In this document: positions 53,101 to 64,000 of the stretch, one piece after another
Layout: every line of letters begins with the position of its first letter
Numbering within the stretch: position 1 is the first letter of the stretch
Notes under the pieces: model-generated
What the model was told of the DNA's origin: nothing
What the model saw: only the letters and a program-made list of their open reading frames with translations
Database searches by the model: none
DNA from: Paragordius varius
Lineage: Eukaryota; Animalia; Nematomorpha
Length of the DNA: 64,000 nt
NCBI GenBank assembly: GCA_964247055.1
Contig: OZ176054.1
Coordinates: forward strand, 10,106,001-10,170,000
Direction of reading: 5' to 3'
Translations under genes and position numbers: made by a program

Positions 53101-56100
53101 AAATATATTACGCAAAAAATATTTTATTCCCAAAAATCAACTATATTTTTTCAACAATCAAATAATATTTACAATAATTAAAATATATTACCCAAAAATA
53201 TTTTTGTATTCCCAACAATCAACCATATTTTTTCAACAATCAAATAATATTTCCTATAATTAAAATATACTACCCAATAATATATAGTATTCCCAACAAT
53301 CAACCATATTTTAGTATTCCCAACAATCAACCATATTTTATCAACAATCAAATAATATTTCAAATAATCAAAATATAGTGCCTAAAAATATTTTAGTACT
53401 CCCAACAATCCACCATATTTTTCAACAATCAAAATATATTAACATTCATATTATATCAACCAATAATATTTTAGTATTCGCACAATCAACCATATTTTTT
53501 CAACCATCAAATAATGTTTCAATAATTAAAATATATTACCCAAAAATATTTTTGTATTCACAAAAATCAACCATATTTTTTCAACTATCAAATAATATTT
53601 CAAATAATCAAAATATACCCAATAAAGTTTTAGTACTTATAACAATCCACCATATTTTTTAACAATCAAAATATATTAACATTCATATTAAAACCAATAA
53701 TATTTTAGTATTCCCACAATCAACCATATTTTTTCAACAATCAAATAATATTTCCAATAATTAAAATATATTACCCAAAAATATTTTTGTATTCCCACAA
53801 TCAACCATATTTTTCAACAATCGAATAATATTTACAATAATTAAAATATATTACCCAAAAATATTTTTGTATTCACAAAAATCAACCATATTTTTTCAAC
53901 TATCAAATAATATTTCAAATAATCAAAATATACCCAATAAAATTTTAGTACTTATAACAATCCACGATATTTTTCAACAATCAAAATATATTAACATTCA
54001 TATTATATAAACCAATAATATTTTAGTATTCCCACAATCAACCATATTTTTTCAACCATCAAATAATATTTCAATAATTAAAATATATTACCCAAAAATA
54101 TTTTTGTATTCCCACAATCAACCATATTTTTTCAACAATCAAATAATATTTCCTATAATTAAAATATTATACCCAATAATATATAGTATTCCCAACAATC
54201 AACCATATTTTTTCAACAATCAAATAATATTTCCCACAATCAAAATATACCCAATAATATTTTAGTATTCCCAACAATCAACCATATTTTTTCAACAATG
54301 AAATAATATTTTCCACAATCAAAATATATTACGCAAAAAATATTTTATTCCCAAAAATCAACTATATTTTTTCAACAATCAAATAATATTTACAATAATT
54401 AAAATATATTACCCAAAAATATTTTTGTATTCCCAACAATCAACCATATTTTTTCAACTATCAAATAATATTTCAAATAATCAAAATATACCCAATAAAA
54501 TTTTAGTATTCCCAACAATCAACCATATTTTTTCAACAATGAAATAATATTTTCCACAATCAAAATATATTACGCAAAAAATATTTTATTCCCAAAAATC
54601 AACTATATTTTTTCAACAATCAAATAATATTTACAATAATTAAAATATATTACCCAAAAATATTTTTGTATTCCCAAAAATCAACCATATTTTATCAACT
54701 ATCAAATAATATTTCAAATAATCATAATATAGTGCCTAAAAATATTTTAGTATTCCCAACAATCCACCATATTTTTCAACAATCAAAATATATTAACATT
54801 CATATTATATAAACCAATAATATTTTAGTATTCCTACAATCAATAATATTTTTTCAACAATCAAATAATATTTCAATAATTAAAATATATTACCCAAAAA
54901 TATTTTTGTATTCCCAAAACTCAACCATATTTTTTCAACTATCAAATAATATTTCAAATAATCAAAATATACCCAATAAAATTTTAGTACTCCCAACAAT
55001 CCACCATATTTTTCAACAATTAAATAATACTTCCAATAATAAAAATATATTACCCAATAATATTAATTTCCAACAATCAACCATATTTTTTCAACTATCA
55101 AATAATATTTAAAATAATCAAAATATATTACCCAAAAATATTTTAGTCCAACAATCAACCATATTTTTCAACAATCAAATAATATTTCCCACAATCAAAA
55201 TATACCCAATAATATTTTAGTATTCCCATCAATCAACCATATTTTTTCAACAATCAAATAATATTTCAAATAATTAAAATATATTACCCAAAAATATTTT
55301 TGTATTCCCACAATCAACCATATTTTTTCAACAATCGAATAATATTTCCTATAATTAAAATATAATACCCAATATATAGTATTCCCAACAATCAACCATA
55401 TTTTATCAACAATCAAATAATATTTCAAATAATCAAAATATAGTGCCTAAAAATATTTTAGTACTCCCAACAATCCATAATATTTTTCAACAATCAAAAT
55501 ATATTAACATTCATATTATATAAACCAATAATATTTTAGTATTCGCACAATCAACCATATTTTTTTCAACCATCAAATAATATTTCAAATAATCAAAATA
55601 TAGTGCCTAAAAATATTTATTATACCCAACAATCCACCATATTTTTCAACAATCGAATAATATTTCCCACAATCAAAATATACCCAATAATATTTTAGTA
55701 TATTCCCAAAAATCAACCATATTTTTTCAACAATCAAATAATATTTACAATAATTAAATTATATTACCCAAAAATATTTTTGTATTCCCAACAATCAACC
55801 ATATTTTATCAACTATCAAATAATATTCCAAATAATCATAATATAGTCCCTAAAAATATTTTAGTATTCCCAACAATCCACCATATTTTTCAACAATCAA
55901 AATATATTAACATTCATATTATATAAACCAATAATATTTTAGTATTCCTACAATCAACCATATTTTTTCAACAATCAAATAATATTTCAATAATTAAAAT
56001 ATATTACCCAAAAATATTTTTGTATTCCCAAAACTCAACCATATTTTTTCAACTATCAAATAATATTTCAAATAATCAAAATATACCCAATAAAATTTTA

Positions 56101-59100
56101 GTACTCCTAACAATCCACCATATTTTTCAACAATCAAAATATATTAACATTCATATTATATAAACCAATAATATTTTAGTATTCCCACAATCAACCATAT
56201 TTTTTCAACAATCAAATAATATTTCAAATAATCAAAATATAGTGCCTAAAAATATTTTAGTATTCCCAACAATCAACCATATTTTATCAACTATCAAATA
56301 ATATTTCAAATAATCAAAATATACCCAATAAAATTTTAGTACTCCTAACAATCCACCATATTTTTCAACAATCAAAATATATTAACATTCATATTATATA
56401 AACCAATAATATTTTAATTCCAACAATCAACCATATTTTTTTAACAACTAAATAATATTTCCAATAATTAAAATATATTACCCAAAAATATTTTTGTATT
56501 CCCAACAGTCAACCATATTTTTCAACAATCGAATAATATTTCCCACAATCAAAATATACCCAATAATATTTTAGTATTCCCAAAAATCAACCATATTTTT
56601 TTAACAGTGAAATAATATTTCCCACAATCAAAATATATTACGTAAAAAACTTTTTAGTATTCCCAAAAATCAACCATATTTTTTCAACAATCAAATAATA
56701 TTTCAAATAATCAAAATATAGTGCCTTAAAATATTTTAATATTCCCAACAATCCACCATATTTTTCAACAATCAAAATATATTAACATTCATATTATATA
56801 AACCAATAATACAATCAACCATATTTTTATAAAATATCAAATAATATTTCATTAATTAAAATATATTACCCAAAAATATTTTTGTATTCCCAAAAATCAA
56901 CCATATTTTTTCAACTATCAAATAATATTTTAAATAATCAAAATATACCCAATAAAATTTTAGTACTCCTAACAATCCACCATATTTTTCAACAATCAAA
57001 ATATATTAACATTCATATTATATAAACCAATAATATTTTAGTATTCCCACAATCAACCATATTTTTTCAACAATCAAATAATATTTCCTATAATTAAAAT
57101 ATACTACCCAATAATATTTAGTATTCCCAACAATCAACCATATTTTTTTAACAACTTAATAATATTTCCAATAATTAAAATATATTACCCAATAAAATTT
57201 TAGTACTCCCAACAATCCACCATATTTTTCAACAATTAAATAATACTTCCAATAATAAAAATATATTACCCAATAATATTAATTTCCAACAATCAACCAT
57301 ATTTTTTCAACTATCAAATAATATTTAAAATAATCAAAATATATTACCCAAAAATATTTTAGTCCAACAATCAACCATATTTTTCAACAATCAAATAATA
57401 TTTCCCACAATCAAAATATACCCAATAATATTTTAGTATTCCCATCAATCAACCATATTTTTTCAACAATCAAATAATATTTCCAATAATTAAAATATAT
57501 TACCCAAAAATATTTTTGTATTCCCACAATCAACCATATTTTTTCAACAATCGAATAATATTTCCTATAATTAAAATAGAATACCCAATAATATATAGTA
57601 TTCCCAACAATCAACCATATTTTATCAACAATCAAATAATATTTCAAATAATCAAAATATAGTGCCTAAAAATATTTTAGTACTCCCAACAATCCATAAT
57701 ATTTTTCAACAATCAAAATATATTATATAAACCAATAATATTTTATTTTAGTATTCGCACAATCAACCATATTTTTTTCAACCATCAAATAATATTTCAA
57801 ATAATCAAAATAGGGTGCCTAAAAATATTTATTATACCCAACAATCCACCATATTTTTCAACAATCGAATAATATTTCCCACAATCAAAATATACCCAAT
57901 AATATTTTAGTATTCCCAAAAATCAACCATATTTTTTCAACAATCAAATAATATTTACAATAATTAAAATATATTACCCAAAAATATTTTTGCATTCCCA
58001 ACAATCAACCATATTTTATCAACAATCAAATAATATTTCAAATAATCAAAATATAGTGCCTAAAAATATTTTAGTACTCCTAACAATCCACCATATTTTT
58101 CAACAATCAAAATATATTAACATTCATATTATATAAACCAATAATATTTTAGTATTCCCACAATCAACCATATTTTTTCAACAATCAAATAATATTTCCT
58201 ATAATTAAAATATACTACCCAATAATATTTAGTATTCCCAACAATCAACCATATTTTTTTAACAACTTAATAATATTTCCAATAATTAAAATATATTACC
58301 CAATAAAATTTTAGTACTCCCAACAATCCACCATATTTTTCAACAATTAAATAATACTTCCAATAATAAAAATATATTACCCAATAATATTAATTTCCAA
58401 CAATCAACCATATTTTTTCAACTATCAAATAATATTTAAAATAATCAAAATATATTACCCAAAAATATTTTAGTCCAACAATCAACCATATTTTTCAACA
58501 ATCAAATAATATTTCCCACAATCAAAATATACCCAATAATATTTTAGTATTCCCATCAATCAACCATATTTTTTCAACAATCAAATAATATTTCCAATAA
58601 TTAAAATATATTACCCAAAAATATTTTTGTATTCCCACAATCAACCATATTTTTTCAACAATCGAATAATATTTCCTATAATTAAAATAGAATACCCAAT
58701 AATATATAGTATTCCCAACAATCAACCATATTTTATCAACAATCAAATAATATTTCAAATAATCAAAATATAGTGCCTAAAAATATTTTAGTACTCCCAA
58801 CAATCCATAATATTTTTCAACAATCAAAATATATTATATAAACCAATAATATTTTATTTTAGTATTCGCACAATCAACCATATTTTTTTCAACCATCAAA
58901 TAATATTTCAAATAATCAAAATAGGGTGCCTAAAAATATTTATTATACCCAACAATCCACCATATTTTTCAACAATCGAATAATATTTCCTATAATTAAA
59001 ATATACTACCCAATAATATTTAGTATTCCCAACAATCAACCATATTTTTTTAACAACTAAATAATATTTCCAATAATTAAAATATATTACCCAAAAATAT

Positions 59101-62100
59101 TTTTGTATTCCCAACAGTCAACCATATTTTTCAACAATCGAATAATATTTCCCACAATCAAAATATACCCAATAATATTTTAGTATTCCCAAAAATCAAC
59201 CATATTTTTTTAACAGTGAAATAATATTTCCCACAATCAAAATATATTACGTAAAAAACTTTTTAGTATTCCCAAAAATCAACCATATTTTTTCAACAAT
59301 CAAATAATATTTCAAATAATCAAAATATAGTGCCTTAAAATATTTTAATATTCCCAACAATCCACCATATTTTTCAACAATCAAAATATATTAACATTCA
59401 TATTATATAAACCAATAATACAATCAACCATATTTTTATAAAATATCAAATAATATTTCATTAATTAAAATATATTACCCAAAAATATTTTTGTATTCCC
59501 AAAAATCAACCATATTTTTTCAACTATCAAATAATATTTTAAATAATCAAAATATACCCAATAAAATTTTAGTACTCCTAACAATCCACCATATTTTTCA
59601 ACAATCAAAATATATTAACATTCATATTATATAAACCAATAATATTTTAGTATTCCCACAATCAACCATATTTTTTCAACAATCAAATAATATTTCCTAT
59701 AATTAAAATATACTACCCAATAATATTTAGTATTCCCAACAATCAACCATATTTTTTTAACAACTTAATAATATTTCCAATAATTAAAATATATTACCCA
59801 ATAAAATTTTAGTACTCCCAACAATCCACCATATTTTTCAACAATTAAATAATACTTCCAATAATAAAAATATATTACCCAATAATATTAATTTCCAACA
59901 ATCAACCATATTTTTTCAACTATCAAATAATATTTAAAATAATCAAAATATATTACCCAAAAATATTTTAGTCCAACAATCAACCATATTTTTCAACAAT
60001 CAAATAATATTTCCCACAATCAAAATATACCCAATAATATTTTAGTATTCCCATCAATCAACCATATTTTTTCAACAATCAAATAATATTTCCAATAATT
60101 AAAATATATTACCCAAAAATATTTTTGTATTCCCACAATCAACCATATTTTTTCAACAATCGAATAATATTTCCTATAATTAAAATAGAATACCCAATAA
60201 TATATAGTATTCCCAACAATCAACCATATTTTATCAACAATCAAATAATATTTCAAATAATCAAAATATAGTGCCTAAAAATATTTTAGTACTCCCAACA
60301 ATCCATAATATTTTTCAACAATCAAAATATATTATATAAACCAATAATATTTTATTTTAGTATTCGCACAATCAACCATATTTTTTTCAACCATCAAATA
60401 ATATTTCAAATAATCAAAATAGGGTGCCTAAAAATATTTATTATACCCAACAATCCACCATATTTTTCAACAATCGAATAATATTTCCCACAATCAAAAT
60501 ATACCCAATAATATTTTAGTATTCCCAAAAATCAACCATATTTTTTCAACAATCAAATAATATTTACAATAATTAAAATATATTACCCAAAAATATTTTT
60601 GTATTCCCAACAATCAACCATATTTTATCAACTATCAAATAATATTTCAAATAATCATAATATAGTGCCTAAAAATATTTTAGTATTCCCAACAATCCAC
60701 CATATTTTTCAACAATCAAAATATATTAACATTCATATTATATAAACCAATAATATTTTAGTATTCCCACAATCAACCATATTTTTTCAACAATCAAATA
60801 ATATTTCCTATAATTACAATATACTACCCAATAATATTTAGTATTCCCAACAATCAACCATATTTTTTTAACAACTAAATAATATTTCCAATAATTAAAA
60901 TATATTACCCAAAAATAATTTTGTATTCCCAACAATCAACCATATTTTTCAACAATCGAATAATATTTCCCACAATCAAAATATACCCAATAATATTTTA
61001 GTATTCCCAAAAATCAACCATATTTTTTAACAGTGAAATAATATTTCCCACAATCAAAATATATTACGTAAAAAACTTTTTAGTATTCCCAAAAATCAAC
61101 CATATTTTTTCAACAATCAAATAATATTTCAAATAATCAAAATATAATGCCTAAAAATATTTTAGTATTCCCAACAATCCACCATATTTTTCAACAATCA
61201 AAATATATTAACATTTATATTATATAAACCAATAATACAATCAACCATATTTTTATAAAATATCAAATAATATTTCAATAATTAAAATATATTACCCAAA
61301 AATATTTTTGTATTCCCAAAAATCAACCATATTTTTTCAACTATCAAATAATATTTTAAATAATCAAAATATACCCAATAAAGTTTTAGTACTCCTAACA
61401 ATCCACCATATTTTTCAACAATCAAAATATATTAACATTCATATTATATAAACCAATAATATTTTAGTATTCCCACAATCAACCATATTTTTTCAACAAT
61501 CAAATAATATTTCCTATAATTAAAATATACTGCCCAATAATATTTAGTATTCCCAACAATCAACCATATTTTTTTAACAACTTAATAATATTTCCAATAA
61601 TTAAAATATATTACCCAATAAAATTTTAGTACTCCCAACAATCCACCATATTTTTCAACAATTAAATAATACTTCCAATAATAAAAATATATTACCCAAT
61701 AATATTAATTCCCATCAATCAACCATATTTTTTCAACGATCAAATAATATTTCCAATAATCAAAATATATTACCCAAAAATATTTTAGTCCAACAATCAA
61801 CCATATTTTTCAACAATCAAATAATATTTCCCACAATCAAAATATACTAACAATAATATATAGTATTCCCAACAATCAACCATATTTTTTAAACAACTAA
61901 ATAATATTTCCAATAATTAAAATATATTACCCCAAAATATTTTAGTATTCCCAACAATCAACCATATTATATCAACAATCAAATAATATTTCAAATAATC
62001 CAAATATAGTGCCTAAAAATATTTTAGTACTCCCAACAATCCACCATATTTTTCAACAATCAAAATATATTAACATTCATATTATATCAACCAATAATAT

Positions 62101-64000
62101 TTTAGTATTCGCACAATCAACAATATTTTTTCAACCATCAAATAATATTTCCAATAATTAAAATATATTACCCAAAAATATTTTTGTATTCCCAACAATC
62201 AACCATATTTGTTCAACAATCAAATAATATTTCAAATAATCAAAATATACCCGATAAAAATTTAGTACTCCTAACAATCCACCATATTTTTCAACAATCA
62301 AAATATATTAACATTCATATTATATAAACCAATAATATTTTAGTATTCCCACTATCAACCATATTTTTTCAACAATCAAATAATATTTCCTTTAATTAAA
62401 ATATACTACTCAATAATATTTAGTATCCCCAACAATCAACCATATTTTTTTAACAACTAAATAATATTTCCAATAATTAAAATATATTACCCAAAAATAT
62501 TTTTGTATTCCCAACAATCAACCATATTTTTCAACAATCGAATAATATTTCCCTCAATCAAAATATACCCAATAATATTTTAGTATTCCCAAAAATCAAC
62601 CATATTTTTTTAACAGTGAAATTATATTTCCCACAATCAATATATATTACGTAAAAAACTTTTTAGTATTCCCAAAAATCAACCATATTTTTTCAACAAT
62701 CAAATAATATTTACAATAATTAAAATATATTACCCAAAAATATTTTTGCATTCCCAACAATCAACCATATTTTATCAACAATCAAATAATATTTCAAATA
62801 ATCAAAATATAGTGCCTAAAAATATTTTAGTACTCCTAACAATCCACCATATTTTTCAACAATCAAAATATATTAACATTCATATTATATAAACCAATAA
62901 TATTTTAGTATTCCCACAATCAACCATATTTTTTCAACAATCAAATAATATTTCCTATAATTAAAATATACTACCCAATAATATTTAGTATTCCCAACAA
63001 TCAACCATATTTTTTTAACAACTTAATAATATTTCCAATAATTAAAATATATTACCCAATAAAATTTTAGTACTCCCAACAATCCACCATATTTTTCAAC
63101 AATTAAATAATACTTCCAATAATAAAAATATATTACCCAATAATATTAATTTCCAACAATCAACCATATTTTTTCAACTATCAAATAATATTTAAAATAA
63201 TCAAAATATATTACCCAAAAATATTTTAGTCCAACAATCAACCATATTTTTCAACAATCAAATAATATTTCCCACAATCAAAATATACCCAATAATATTT
63301 TAGTATTCCCATCAATCAACCATATTTTTTCAACAATCAAATAATATTTCCAATAATTAAAATATATTACCCAAAAATATTTTTGTATTCCCACAATCAA
63401 CCATATTTTTTCAACAATCGAATAATATTTCCTATAATTAAAATAGAATACCCAATAATATATAGTATTCCCAACAATCAACCATATTTTATCAACAATC
63501 AAATAATATTTCAAATAATCAAAATATAGTGCCTAAAAATATTTTAGTACTCCCAACAATCCATAATATTTTTCAACAATCAAAATATATTAACATTCAT
63601 ATTATATAAACCAATAATATTTTATTTTAGTATTCGCACAATCAACCATATTTTTTTCAACCATCAAATAATATTTCAAATAATCAAAATAGGGTGCCTA
63701 AAAATATTTATTATACCCAACAATCCACCATATTTTTCAACAATCGAATAATATTTCCCACAATCAAAATATACCCAATAATATTTTAGTATTCCCAAAA
63801 ATCAACCATATTTTTTCAACAATCAAATAATATTTACAATAATTAAAATATATTACCCAAAAATATTTTTGTATTCCCAACAATCAACCATATTTTATCA
63901 ACTATCAAATAATATTTCAAATAATCATAATATAGTGCCTAAAAATATTTTAGTATTCCCAACAATCCACCATATTTTTCAACAATCAAAATATATTAAC
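29120..64000 (+). repeat. Satellite DNA array, monomer about 78-82 bp (roughly 435 copies in the window), continuing past the window end
   Basis: Head-to-tail copies of gtattcccaacaatcaaccatattttttcaacaatcaaataatatttcc(c/a)a(c/t)aat(c/t)aaaatata(tt)acccaa(t/a)aatatttta with a few recurring variants. No insertions seen over about 35 kb. Confidence 0.98.

Noticed and set aside
29901-63514. Dozens of 60-127-aa ORFs (MKYYLIVDKIWLIVG..., MPKNILV..., MYSQQST...)
   Set aside because: They are translations of the satellite monomer and recur with the repeat. Starts are often non-ATG, they have no protein-like complexity, and they break at monomer indels.
29120-64000. CRISPR array or telomeric repeat
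   Set aside because: There are no unique spacers, no cas genes and the context is eukaryotic. The 80-bp unit is not a short G-rich telomere motif.

Overview
Very AT-rich eukaryotic (most likely animal) genomic DNA in three zones. (1) 1-22.5 kb looks non-coding in the ORF track. It contains decayed DNA transposons and MITEs (a mariner split by a foldback element, a complete non-autonomous hAT with an 8-bp TSD, a CACTA-type MITE, several palindromic elements). It also contains at least three plus-strand spliced genes reconstructed by hand. These are built from very small, mostly phase-1 exons, and many of their GT-AG introns are only 22-42 nt long. One model gives a complete 44-aa glycine-rich hydrophobic/cationic peptide from six exons. 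(2) 22.6-29.1 kb is a nested transposon stack: a decayed hAT (ZMYM1-like transposase, minus strand) carries a full-length but disabled Ty3/Gypsy Mag-type LTR retrotransposon (23922-28615, CATAC TSD). The hAT right end is cut off about 24 bp short of its terminus. (3) 29.12-64 kb is an uninterrupted satellite array of about 80-bp monomers made of about 20-21-bp subunits, with kb-scale higher-order duplications (1111, 2303, 2609 bp and about 9 kb); it continues past the window end. All gene models come from sequence inspection only and need RNA evidence. No rRNA, tRNA or CRISPR was seen.
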